Shown here one piece after another: positions 12,812 through 25,469 of a stretch of 64,000 nucleotides of DNA. The position numbers and the translations under genes are program-made. The notes beneath the pieces are model-generated. The model did not search any database, had not been told where the DNA came from, and saw nothing but the letters and a program-made list of their open reading frames with translations. Position 1 is the first letter of the stretch; every line of letters begins with the position of its first letter. Source of the stretch: Callorhinchus milii (Eukaryota); NCBI RefSeq assembly GCF_018977255.1, contig NW_024704743.1:37078001-37142000 (forward strand), read 5' to 3'.

Positions 12812-13324
12812 CTCTGCCTGGAGTCAACTGTTCTTTATTGCGTACAAATACAGTCACTAACTACACTTTACTGTAAAAATAGTCTTTTTAGGTGTTTCAA
12901 CTGCATGATAGGGTCAGGTTATATAAAATTCAAGGCTTATTTATTTACCAAAGTCTTACCCGGAACCTCAGAGAGTTAACCCGTTTTATACATTTAACTC
13001 GTTCAATCGTAGCATTTGGACTAAACCCATAAATGGAGAGGACTTTTCGGTTTGTATGTACCTCACGACTAATACACATGGGGAAAAAAAGGCTCATTCT
13101 TAAATTCCTTTTATCGGATTCAACATTCAAAATCTACCCAAAAAAGTATTTTTGGAGGTATTATGAAAGATAAGATTATGGACAGCCAAACAGGTACGGA
13201 GTCTAAATAGTGGCAATAGATCCACTGGAACTTGCCTCCGTACTTGTGCTCTCCGTACTTTCACCAGTGAAAAAAAAGCACAGGGGTGCGGCTACTAATC
13301 TTGAGTAACCCATTACTGAGTGCC

Positions 13325-13528
13325 AAAATCTGGAACTCTCTCCCCCAAAAGGCTGTGAATGCTGGATCCATTCACATTTTCAAGACTGAGGTGAATAGAT
13401 ACGTGTTAGGTCAGGGTTCTAAGGGATTTGGGGCAAGGGCGGGTAACTGGACTTGATCAGCCATGATCGTATAAAATGGTAGAACAGGCTCGAGGGGCTG
13501 AATAGCCTACTCCTGTTTCTATGTTTCT
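13325..13528 (+). mobile_element. CR1 3' end, within the probable CDCP1 3' UTR
   Basis: tggaactctctcccccaaaaggctgtg..gatcagccatgatc..ggctcgaggggctgaatagcctactcctg matches the CR1 3' UTR at 11220-11300. Confidence 0.75.
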
Positions 13529-13871
13529 GTGAGTGCATGTCAGTGGAAAGCTGAACTGGGCTCACTTCTAATATCAGTGTAGTCACCTGCCCTGACAACT
13601 GTGCCTGCTTACGGGTTTCCAAAGTGAAGAAATAGGCACTTGGTTGCAGGGTTAGAGGGTTGGTGTCCCTGCAAAGCTGTAACCTAGTGTTATCAGCAGG
13701 GGAGACAATTGTGTCTTGCGCAGGGGGAGTGGGGAAAAACAAGGCTTTTGTCTTTTGATATACAGAGCTCAAGGCACAGAAGAACAATCTATCAAAGGTA
13801 CAATTGATTTGTTTGGAAAAGCCATCAATTTGTGACCTAAGTCAGACAGACAGTCAACCAGACTCTGCTTG

Positions 13872-14274
13872 CTACAAACTGGAGTCCTTTGGACTCTCTC
13901 CCAGAAAGGTTACCATCTCCCCGTTGCTCTTCCCCAGCTCACTCTTCTGGATCGAGGCTCTGTACAGGGCATTGTCCACCATGGGAACGGTCCCTACACT
14001 GTCCTCTGGGCCCGGGCGGCTGCGACGTGCTGGAGGAGTGGGTGCTATGTCTCCCATGGGGCCGGTGAAAGGCTGGTACACGTCCACCTCTGGAATGGAG
14101 TCCATCCTCAAGGTATTGAAGCGCGGCCCATAAATTTGGTTTTCATCGATCACGGCATAGATGTGCGAATCATTGTCCTTCCTGCCCTTCCCAAACTTCC
14201 ACCTCCGTCCAGGCACATTCGCATTCACTCCGGGATTGTAGATGCCAACAGGAGTCTGATGTTGCCTTCTTTTC
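13872..14274 (-). CDS. CDCP1: CUB domain-containing protein 1, exon 9 (cytoplasmic tail, stop)
   Basis: Acceptor tttacatAG. Reads KRRQHQTPVGIYNPG..KGRKDNDSHIYAVIDENQIYG..PEVDVYQPFTGPMG..TAG, matching human KGRKDNDSHVYAVIED and PEVDTYRPF. Confidence 0.95.
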
Positions 14275-15713
14275 CTATGTAAATTTAGGGTTTAAAACCA
14301 ACAAAAGGGGTTGTTAATAATCGATATTATATGAAAGCTCCTAATAATAATAATAAACTTTGCATTTGATATAGTGCCTTATCACGTAGTTGAGACGACT
14401 CAAAGGGCTTCATAGAATATATTGTAAAGTGGATTGACTGCGTATTTTGTGGGTGAAACATGTGCCTTTTTGCACACGTTAACATTTGAAAAATTCAATA
14501 CAACAACAGCAGCAACAAAAAATAACTAGCAGTTATAAATCTCTCTTCACGTAGGGTAGTGTCTCGGAGCGCTGAAATACACAAAGCTTCTGGAAGAAAT
14601 TCTAAAGGGGGAGGTTGCTATACGTGCCAGGCAAATACTCAGTAATTTAATACATACATCAGGCTGTTCGGAGTGTAATAATTGGCAGTGGAGGGTAAGA
14701 AATTTATAACACAGGAGCACAGACCCTGACTGTTTAACCCCATTCTCCTGGTGTTTCCTTATTAGCATTTATACTTCTGAAGGGATGTGATTGTAGAATC
14801 ACAGAATATTACAGCACAGAAACAAGCCATTCTTCATATGAACTACTAGATCTAATCCCACCCTCCTGCTCATTCCCCATATCCCTCAAGCATCTGCTGA
14901 GCATATTGACTGTGCAGTCCACGAGTCTATGACCCGTATCCTCACTCGGATCCACTGGCTCCCCATTCCCCATAGGATCGAGCTCATGGTCCTCGTTCTC
15001 ACCTTTAAATTCTTCCCAGTCTTGCCCCGCCCTGCCACTGTATTCCTCAAGATATCCTCCCAATGTAAGGCGCGATATAAATGTAAATTGTCTTGTACAG
15101 ATCACTAGAGCAGACAGCAGGCAGCAGCAGGTTGCTCCTACCAAACCTTACCATCCAAGCCACTCGCTTCGCTCAGCAAGCTTCTTATCCCCCGCACTAT
15201 CTGCCTCACCATCGGAGAGTGGGCTTTCAGCCATTCTGCCACTCTCTTTGGTACTCCATCCCAGAGGCCCTCTGACTCGCTCACTCCCTCCCCTCTTTAA
15301 AGGTACATAGCAGGGGAACATTGCTATATGCAGCAAGACTAAACTTAGTGATTTCACATAATTTACCAGATATATGACTGCATTCTTGACCATCATTCTG
15401 TGAAGAATATATTTTGTGAAGCGCTTTGAGATGTCTCAATGACGTGATAAAGCACTACACCAAATCCAATGAGTCATTATTATATATTATTATTATAATT
15501 ATCATTCCCCTCCCTAACCCCTCAGCTCCCACATCCAGCTCGGGTGCCCAGCCATGTCTGTGAAACACCTCAAGATATCCTCCCAATGTGAAAGGCGCAA
15601 TATAAATGTAAATTGCATTGTACAGATCACTCTGGAGCAGACAGTAGGTTGCTACAACACACTGGTGACTTTACCAGGATCTATAAATGTAATTTTGTTG
15701 TTGTTGTTTCAAA

Positions 15714-18700
15714 ATATAGAGTCAGCCAGTCAGCGGCACGAGAGCGAGGGCCGGGGCGAGGAGAGCAGTCAGTCAGTCAGGAGCAGAGGAAAAAAAAGTG
15801 AGAAAATTAAAAAGTGACATCAGAGCGACGTCAGTATCAACAGACTAACAGTGAACTATCAACTATCACTATCAACACATCACACACCTCGGATTTAACT
15901 TGATCAATTTACCTTGATTGATTTAACTTAATTTGATCAACTTAATTGGATCAACTTGATTAAATTAAAACTTAATTAACTTAACTAACTAACTCAAGTT
16001 GGAAGAGGTGACAATGGCCTGGCAGGTGTTGTGTGAGGAGTGTGACATGTGGGAGCTGACGAAGGGCAGTCTGACCCGGGTGACCACATCTGCAGAAGAT
16101 GTCTGCAACTGGGGCAGCTCCAGCTCAGAGTGGCTAAGTTGGAATCCGATGTGCAAACACTACGGAGTATCAGAGACAGTGAGTGCTTCCTGGATAGCTA
16201 CATCCTGGAGCTAGTCACTCCCCTGAGGGAATTATACGGTCCACATTGGTTATGGACAGGATAGGTCAATGGACAGTCAGGAAGTCAGGGGGACAAAGGA
16301 AAGAGTGGTAGTAAATCCGGCATTAACCTTGAGCAACAGGTATGAGATCCTTGGAACTTGTCTCGACAAGGAAGCCGGTGAGGTGGAAGGAAAAACCACC
16401 TCTAACACTGGGGCAAACGAGCGGATGGTTGTCGTCATTGGGGATGAGACTATTAGACAGACAGACACAATCATCTGCAACACCAACCAGAAGACCCAAA
16501 GGCTTTGTTGCCTCCCGGGGCCGGGTGAAGATGTCTTGGCAGGGCTAGAGGATAATTTAAAATATGAGGGCAAGGATCCATTGGTGATACTTCACAAAGG
16601 TACCAATGACATCGGTAGAGTTGGCCAAGATGACTTGAGAAGGGAATTCGAAGAGCTGGGGTCCAAATTGAAGTCAAGATCATCGAAGGTGGTAATATCG
16701 GGACTACTGCCTGTACCATACAACAATTGGTACAGGGACAAACAAATTAAGGACTTGAACGCATGGCTAAAAGAGTGGTGCAGAACTCAGGGGTTTCTTT
16801 TTATGGGCCATTGGCATGAGTATTGGAGGAAAAGAGAGCTCTTTCAGAGAAATGGGCTGCATTTATATTGGGCTGGGACAAATGTCATAGCTAAACGAAT
16901 TAACAGGGAGATAAATAGGAATTTAAACTAGTAAAGGGGGGGGAATATATAGGTAAGAGAAACCATAAGTTAGCATTAGAAAAAGTAAAGATGATAGTGC
17001 AGAACAGCATGCCAGATAATAGGAATATGTTAACGAGAGGTAAGAAGCTTGGCAAAGTAGATAAGGAATCAGAGAGTAGAGGAAATGGTAGGAAATTAAA
17101 AATATTTTATCTGAAAGAGCAAAGCATTCAGAATAAAACTGATTAACTAAAAGCACAGATAGACACATATGGGTACGGTCTAGTAGCCATCACTGAAACA
17201 TGGTTACAAGGAGATCTAGGGTAGGAGTTAAATATTCCAGGGTTCTCAGTTTACAGGAAAGATAGGCACTGTGGGAAAAGAGGTGGGGGGGTAGCCCTGT
17301 TAATTAGGGATGAAATAAAAGCAGTGGAGAGGAAGGATCTGAAATCCGATGACCAGGAGGTCGAGACAATATGGGTGGAAATAAAAATAATAAAGGGCAG
17401 AAAATATTAATGGGAGTGGTTTATAGACCCCCAAACAGTGATCACAATATAGCACAAGATATTAATCAAGAAATCAGTGGAGCATGGAGGAAAGGGAAAG
17501 TGATAATAGTGGGTGATTTCAATCTCCACATAGATTGGGAAAACCAAATTGGCAAAAGTAGGTTAGAAGAAGAGTTTGTTGAGTGTGTGAGAGATAACTT
17601 TCTAGAGCAGCAAGCCGAGGAACCAACTAGGGGACAGGCCATCCTAGTTTTGTGTAATGAAACAGGGCTAGTTGACAGTGTAGGTATTAAGAAACCTCCA
17701 GGGCAGAGTGATCACAATATGATTGAATTCTGCATTAAGTTACAGAGGGACATAGTTAAATCCGAGGCAAGTATTCTGAATTTAAATAGGGCTAATTTTG
17801 TAGGTATGAGGAAAGATTTAGATAAAATAGACTGGAGAATAAGAGGTAAAAATGTAGACCAACAGTAGCAAATATTTAAGGATGTAGTGCAAAATTCTCA
17901 GCGGACGCATATTTCCTTGCGGAATAAGAGTACCGCAGGGAAAGCAATTCATCCGTGGCTAACTAGAGCAGTTAGGGAAAGCATCAAATTAAAAGAAAAA
18001 GCTTATAAAACTGCCAAGAAAAGCAGCAAATCTGAAGATTGGGAGAGTTTTAGAAACCAGCAAAAAAAAACTAAAAAACTCATTAAGAGCGAGAAAAAGG
18101 AGTATGAGGGTAAGCTAGCTAGGAACATTAAGTCTGATTGTAAAAGTTTTTACAAATACATCAAGAGGAATAGGCTACTGAGGGTAGATGTAGGTCCACT
18201 TCAGTCAGAGATGGGAGAAGTTGTAATGGGGGCATGGCAGAGTCCCTAAATGTGTACTTTTCATCTGTCTTCACCCTAGAAGACACAACAAGTCTGCCAA
18301 CAATAGAGATGCACCAAAGGGATAAGGACAGGGAGCAACTTAGGGAAATTTTCATTAGTAGAGAATTGGTGCTAGGGAAACTGTTAGCACTAAAAAGTGA
18401 CAAATCCCCTGGTCCGGATGGCTTGCATCCCAGGGTTTTAAAAGAGGTAGCTTATGAGATAGTGGAGGCCTTGTGTCTGATCTTCCAAAATTCCTTGGAT
18501 TCTGGAACAGTCCCCATGGATTGGAAGATCGCAAATGTCACACCACTATTTAAAAAAGGTGGAAAGGAAAAGATGGGGAACTATAGGCCAGTTAGTCTCA
18601 CATCAGTGATAGGAAAAATTTTAGAATCATTGATTAAGGATGTGGTAGTGCGGTATTTAGGGAGCACAATATAATTAGGCCAAGTCAACATTGCTTTACA

Positions 18701-19985
18701 AAAGGGAAGTCATGTTTGCCAAATCTCATAGAATGTTTTGAGGATATTTCCAGTAAACTAGATAAGGGTGAATCAGTGGATGTGGTCTATTTGGACTTCC
18801 AGAAGGCATTCGATAAGGTGCCGCATAAAAGGTTAGTCCAAAAGATAAGGGCCCATGGAATTGGGGGGAGCATATTAACGTGGATTTCCTACCGGTTAAT
18901 GGTTAACGGGTAGGAAACAAATAGGGATAAGCGAGTCCTTTTCAGATTGGCGGGATGTGACTAGTGGAGTGCCACAAGGATCAGTCCTTGGGCCTCAGCT
19001 ATTTACCATCTACATCAACGATCTAGATGAGGACATCAAAGTTAATAAATCTAAATTCACGGATGACACAAAGCTAGGAGGAAGTGTCAACACAGAGGAT
19101 GACATTAAAAAAATGCAGCGAGACATAGATAGGTTAGGTGATTGGGCAGGTAGGTGGCAGATGAAGTATAATGTAGGGAAGTGCGAAGTCATCCACCTAG
19201 GTAGCAAAAACAGTAGAGCGGGTTATTTTTTAGAAGGGGAGAGATTGGAATGTGTTAGCGTCCAGAGGGACTTGGGTGTCCTTGTACACCAATCACAGAA
19301 AGTTAGTCTGCAGGTGCAGGAAACAATTAGGAAGGCGAACGGTATGTTAGCATTCATTATGAAAGGATTAGAGTATATGAATAGGGAAGTCTTGCTGCAA
19401 CTGTATAGGGCCCTGGTGAGACCACACCTGGAATACTGTGTGCAGTTTTGGTCCTCATTTAAGGAGGGATGTACTTGCCTTGGAGGGAGTGCAGCGTAGA
19501 TTTTCTAGGTTAGTACCAGGGATGAAGGGGATGAGTTACGAGGATAGGCTGACCAATTTGGGCCTATATTCTCTAGAATATAGAAGAATTAGAGGGGATC
19601 TTATAGAAACCTATAAGATCATCAAAGGGCATGATAGAGTAGATAGTGGGAGATTGTTTCCCCTGGTTGGAGAAACTAAAACCAGGGGTCACAACCTTAA
19701 AATCAGAGGCCAGCCCTTTCGCACTGAGTTGAGGAAGAACTTCTTCACTCAAAGGGTGGTGAATGTATGGAACTCACTACCCCAAAGGGCTGTTGACGCT
19801 CAGTCCTTGAACATATTCAAAACTGAGATAGATAGATTTCTTATTGCAAAAGGGATTAAGGGATATGGGGATAAGGCAGTGTCAGGTTATTAGCTGGAGT
19901 TAAGAAAATCAGCCATGATTGAATGGCGGGGCAGGCTCGAAGGGCCGAATGGCCTACTCCTGCTCCTACATGTTCTGTTATGTTA
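15714..19985 (+). mobile_element. Near full-length CR1 LINE in CDCP1 intron 8 (antisense to the gene); ORF1 about 16014-16931, ORF2 about 17090-19893, both disrupted
   Basis: ORF1: CEEC..CRRC zinc finger, leucine zipper, LSNRY, SGNH esterase blocks (VIGD, GTND, GLHL). ORF2: APE endonuclease (ITETW, VYRPP, GDFN, SDHN) and RT. Several stops and frameshifts; (TGTTA) tail. Confidence 0.95.
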
Positions 19986-20275
19986 TTATATACCGAGGAA
20001 AGCGTTCTCCCCGCTGGTTACAATGATAAGGATCTGCAGAGGAGCTAATTACCAACCACCAGGACCGTTAACCCATGAGGTATTAAGATTTGAAATGTAA
20101 CATGTTGGACATTGATCTGATATACCTGTCAGATGCAAATGGTGGGACAGCTACCTGGAACCTTAGACTTACTGCTGGCATCTGAAGCATGAAATTCCTC
20201 AGCAGAAAGTCACAAACCTACAGCAGTTGAGTTAACTGTATTCCTTTTATAGCCATTGCAGTGTCCTGAATCCAG

Positions 20276-20625
20276 TAATAATAATACTTGCATTTGATAT
20301 AGCGCCTCATCACATTGTTGAGACATCCCAAAGCACTTCACAGAATATACTGTAAAGTGGAGTGACTGTGTAATTTGTGGGTGAAATGTGCAGCCAATTG
20401 CGCACATCAATATACCACAGACAGCCATGAAGTCTGTGACCAATTTTATTTAGTTGGCCAGGACACTGGGAAAAACTCCCTTCTCTTTTTGAATAGTACC
20501 ATAGGATCTTTAACATCCACCTGAAAAGGCAGGTGGGACCGCGGTTTAACCTATCATGCGAAGAACGGCACCTCTGATAATGCAACCCCCAGCCCTCCCG
20601 CACTGTATTGGGGTGTCAGCTTAAA
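20276..20625 (-). mobile_element. Deu-domain SINE (SacSINE1/AmnSINE-like)
   Basis: Reverse strand has ggttaaaccgcggtccc..ggatgttaaagatcctatggtactattc..gtgtcctggccaa (Deu core) plus L2-like tail. Confidence 0.7.
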
Positions 20626-20983
20626 CTGTGTAATGTCGAGTGAGTCCTACATTCTGGAACGCTGGGTATGTCACATTAATATTACTGCTAGATTTGGTGC
20701 AGGGGTGAGTAATGGCTGGCACGGTGGGAAGAGGGAAGGCCCAACACTGAGTGAAGGTAAATAATGGGATTATGTGGGGGCAAGTGAGGACTGACACATT
20801 GGGGAGCAGGACAGGCTGGCATTGAGTGGGGGGCATTGAGACCGACATTAAAACATTCCAGGCACAGACTCAACCATCCTCCTGTTTGAAAGAAGAATGA
20901 CAATAACATAAACAGCTGGGCTTGTGGCGTTGGGGATGACTAGGTGGTGTGAGGGGGGGAGGGGGGGGGAGAGACATACATAC

Positions 20984-21077
20984 CGTCTTTTCACACAGCA
21001 CACGACCACAAAAATTATGGTGAGCAGGGCCAGGCCTCCAATAACAGCAGCCACAATAATGATGATCTGTGTAATAT
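20984..21077 (-). CDS. CDCP1: CDCP1 exon 8 (transmembrane helix)
   Basis: cttgcAG / GTatgt boundaries. DITQIIIIVAAVIGGLALLTIIFVVVCCVKR with the juxtamembrane CC; phase 1 in, phase 2 out, matching exon 9. Confidence 0.95.
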
Positions 21078-22192
21078 CTGCAAGGGTATTAAAAAATTAA
21101 TAAAAAAAGAATGTCCTGTAATTAAACGCGTTGTACATATGAAGCCCCGAGTCGTGTTTTCTCGCTGTACGTTATATGATACAACCATTGACGTAAGCTG
21201 AGTGCTTCCCTGGTTACTGACCTGAGGATTTAATAAGCAAGTGGGAGTAGGTAATAAAACTTTAAACACTGTGGTGGAAAAAGTACTTCAATGTGATAAA
21301 CACGTGCACATAAAAAAAGTGGCCTCAGGACTCAATTTGTAGCTCCTGCAGGGAAACACCCATACGTCACACAAACTCGCCAGACCCTGTCTAAATACGC
21401 ACACCTTACAGCAAAGGTTTCTGCCGAGTCATCAGCACAGACCACTTTCTAACCACACTTTCAATCATCTATCCCCTCCCCACCCTCATCAGCTCCCACC
21501 CCTAGCTCGGGTGCCGACCCAGCTGTATCAGGCCCTTTGAGATGTCCTCCCGATGTGAAACGCGCTATATAAATGTAAATTGTATTGTAATGTATCAGTA
21601 GCCAAGATAAAAAAGCCCCGTTGTATCTCGCAGTTTAAGATCCATAATATCAAACACTGGGCATGATGTCAAAATGGCTGCTGCAACAGCACAGCTTGTG
21701 TGCTGCACATGTGCACAGCTCAGGTCATTTCCTACATAAAATGGCCATTGCTAAGTCACCTCCACTAAAATGGTCACCATTTTTGTCACTTCCTGCATAT
21801 AATAATTATGATCCATGCATTTGGTAAAGTGCCTGTCATCTCGGTCTGAAAGCACTTCACAGAATATACTTCACAGAATATACACAGAATATTTGCAGAT
21901 AAATGAGGCAGCCCAATTTGCCCACAGCAATGTCCCATAAACAACTATGGCGTTAATGACCAAATTTGGGGGAATGTTGGCCAGGATACTGGCAGTAACT
22001 CACTTCTCTTTTCGAATAGTGCCATGGGAGCTTTAGCATTCCTTGTACTCCCTGTATAGCTGGGATCAGTGAGAGCCAGGGATCTAACTTGGGATCATGC
22101 AGCTGTCTAACATTTAATTCCTATAGTGGGCATTGCCTTCCCAAACTGCGGAGAGTTTATTTTCGGACAGACTAAGAAACGCTGCTCCTTAC

Positions 22193-22549
22193 CTTCATTT
22201 GCTTTCACCACCACTTTAAATAGAATTTTGAAGCGTCCTCTCTCAGGCACGCAGTTGGACACATTAACCCAAAACGTCCCTAGCAGATTGACAGGGTTTG
22301 TTGGCAGGGTGTCAGTTTCTCTCCAGGTTGAGGTGTCAGTGTGCTCCATTTGCTCAATGATCGTAACACTAGTGTGTCCGATCTCACATTCTGGCATCGA
22401 GCTGCTCACAAAGGTTAATTCAGCTTTATGGTCAGCAGGGACGACAATATTCCATGATGCGGTTCCTTGGTGCGGCATTCCCAGTTCCCCGTTCGGTGTC
22501 AGGAGATAGACCGGGGAGTCGTCGGAAACTACATAGAAAATATAATTCT
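22193..22549 (-). CDS. CDCP1: CDCP1 exon 7 (CUB-like domain)
   Basis: ttccccAG / GTaagg; 357 nt; VYLLTPN..SWNIVVP..FWVNVSNC resembles human VYLRTPN..SWNISVP..FWVNISNC. Confidence 0.95.
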
Positions 22550-23447
22550 CTGGGGAAAGGACACAAGAACAAGACAAACAGTGATTAAATCACTGGAAAG
22601 ATGAAGATCCATAATTCAGTGATTTACAACGTACCGCTTGATACCAAAACTCACTTACCAGTACGGCATTTAAAACAAGGCTGTCTGCTGTAACAATGGA
22701 ATAGGGTGGTAGGATTAAAAAGAGCAACAGTGCATTGTATCAAGAGGAAATAACAACAGATGGATACTTAGTGAAGAATTCAATTGAGGGATTAGAGAGA
22801 TGGAGTAAAAGATATGCTTTATTATATTTTATTTATTACCAATGTTCTGTACTTTTAAATATCGGGACTGGACAGATGTACATTCCTTTGTTCACTTTAC
22901 TGTAGACACATGCTACATTCTCTTCAATTTACTATAGCCACCTGCTGGGACATCAGTCAGATCAGTCAGTGACAAAACACAAATGCTTTGTGATGCACAA
23001 TCTGCCGAGAAAGGGTGCAGACACGGATGGAGGCCATTCTGCCATTAGCTTCCAGCCCTTACAATAGAGCCCTGGGAAAAGGTGCAGTAGTTGAGGTCCA
23101 TAAAATCCCAACGGGTCGCAGTCAATGCATTTGCATTCATTTCCTGCAGTGGCCTGATGTCTCAGAAGTTGGCTATTTTTTACCACAAGAAGCTGTCCAG
23201 TACCATATGGTAAGGTTCTATCCCAATTCCCTGGACCCTCCCCATATCCTCTTATATTCTTCCTCTTAAAATATTATTCCCTTTCCAATGCTATAGGTTC
23301 CCTACAACAGCCTCTTGTTGAGAAGCATTTCATGTTGTCATAACCAAGCCTCTGCTTTTTCTAACCTCACTATTAATTCATTCAACATCAATCCTGAGCC
23401 TATCTTCTCAGTCAGCATTGCCTAGATGATCTCAGTGTAACAGTTAC

Positions 23448-23822
23448 CTGTAATGGCCGGAACGAAGGACAGGCTAATGTCCAGATCACCGATTTTCCAC
23501 CCACTGGATGTCCTCACTTCCAATTCAACACTGTCAATCATCTGGATCTTCTCAATCGCTCCACTGGGGCAGAATGTGCCCACAATAGAGTTACTGTGAT
23601 CCTTGCAGAAAGTGCTGATGTGGTACATTACATTGGTGGTGCAGGTCCTGCCTGGAAGAGACTGCTTCAGTTTCAGCCTGTTGGAGACCAGCTCTATCGT
23701 GGTGCCGTGCGGGGCATTAAGCACCCATTTGAAGATCTGCTGATCAACAGGCAGGTTGGCAAGGGCAGAAGGCAGACTCAAACTCATGTTTTTCACTTGG
23801 CACATTTCCAGCTCAGTGCAGG
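23448..23822 (-). CDS. CDCP1: CDCP1 exon 6 (CUB-like domain)
   Basis: cccatgaAG / GTaact; 375 nt; CTELEMC..LPV..GTFCPSGAIEKIQ resembles human CTDHRYC..GSFCPGGSIKQIQ. Confidence 0.93.
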
Positions 23823-24704
23823 CTTCATGGGAAAAGGAAGAGATAAGCAAGAGATTAAACACAACTCTTTCTCTCAGTCAATAAACTGCATTTAAGGATT
23901 CTGTACACTTATTGGGATTCAGTTTCCCATTCCTCCCAGAGCAATATTTCCCATGCAATTTCCACGTAGCTATACTGTTGCGAGTGGCTGGTGACTGGGG
24001 AGAGAGGTGCTGCATTCTCATGATGAAGCAGTGAACAGACTGCCAGTTTTTTTCTCATTTCTAAAGTTACTTCAGGACAAACCTTTCAATATTCTTTCAG
24101 AAAGTGTGTTTATTAACAAAAGTTTGGAGTGAAAAAGATGCTGTGTGAATACAGGTGTTTACACCAAAGGTGCAGTCTTTCACGGTCCACCAAAGAGGCA
24201 GGTCTTGAGATGCATTTTGAAAGAGGTGAAGGAGACAGTCGGAGAAAGTCGGAATGATTCTGGGATGGAGTTCCAGAAAGTTGAGAAAGATAAAAATGGA
24301 TTAAAAAATTAATGGATTTGAACACGAGCGTGAGGATCTTGAAGTCGAATAAAAAGTAATAAGTAAAAAGACGAAACCAAACATATGTTATTTCTAAACA
24401 TATGTTATTTCTGAAATTGGATGTGTAAATGCTGGTTGAGGACAGAATTAGAGCTTAATTACAATGCCCTCCCCACTCCCGCCCCATGGGCATACGGTCT
24501 CACCATCTCAGTTTACACATGCAAAACAGTCACTGGGACACTAGCACCTGTGGGATCAAAGTGCAGGTCGAACCCATTTCCACAGGAAAGGAGGTGAAAA
24601 ATTATTAGGATTCTTTAAGGAACTGTTTGTAAGAATCATGAAACAAAACAATACCAGCCTAGGTTCTGAAGCATAAATCTACTCTAATCCTGAAATATAA
24701 CTGA

Positions 24705-25090
24705 ACAACAACAATGACAACTTGGACTTATATAATGCCCTCCACGCAGTGTAGCATCTCAGAGCGTTTCACAGTGGTGGAGCCTGACTCTGAGCTGGGG
24801 AGAGGTGGCTATAAGCCCGGTCACAGATGACGGTTTTCAGGCGGGACTTGAAAAAGGGGAGAGAGAGGTCAAGATGGAGGGATTGAAAGAGGGGGTCCAG
24901 AGTTTTGAGGCGTTGTGGCTGAAAGTGCAGCCTCCTATGGTGGAGCGGAGGGTGCGAGGGACAAGCAGGAGGATGGTGCCAGTCGAGCCGAGGCGCTGGG
25001 TGGTGGATTGGGAAGTGACGAGGTCGGAGAGGTAGGGAGGAGCCAGGGAGTGAATGGATTTGAACACGAGTGTGAGGATCTTGATGTCGA
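24705..25090 (-). mobile_element. L2 3' fragment
   Basis: FKSIHSLAPPYLSDL..FKSRLKT motifs; (TTG)-type tail. Confidence 0.85.
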
Positions 25091-25134
25091 ATAAAAAGTA
25101 ATAAGTAAAAAGACAAAACCAAACAGGTTCTTAC

Positions 25135-25344
25135 AGATATTCTTGGTGGCTTCTACTTTAATATCTTTCACACTATTACAGTTGGTGTGGAAGGTGATGT
25201 TCGCCTGTTCTCCGGGCTTCAGCTGCAACTCAGAGTTACACTTGGAAGAGTCTGGAGATGAACAAATGCAGGGCTGCTCGCTGCCTATGTCTGATTTCTG
25301 CTTAAATGTCACTGAAACATTTTCCATATCAAATTCATATCTCT
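25135..25344 (-). CDS. CDCP1: CDCP1 exon 5
   Basis: tttcgcAG / GTaaga; 210 nt; CIC..C..LQLKPG..ITF..C..VEATKNI resembles human CFVC..C..LTLTSG..ISFLC..VEKTI. Confidence 0.9.
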
Positions 25345-25469
25345 CTGCGAAATTGTAAAAAAAAGAAAGCCTTTTAAACATTGTCAGCATATCACCACCG
25401 ACTATCAGTTAGTAAAAACACAGCGTGGTGGCAAGGTTAAAACTTTATATACATAGCAGCTTCTACTCA

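Noticed and set aside
6900..12950. CDCP1 polyA signal candidates on the - strand (near 12940, 12834, 9000, 6914)
   Set aside because: Several AATAAA hexamers are plausible and cannot be ranked without transcript data.
22935..22950. CTCF-like motif (ccagcaggtggc on the - strand)
   Set aside because: A single short match is expected by chance in 64 kb; no supporting evidence.
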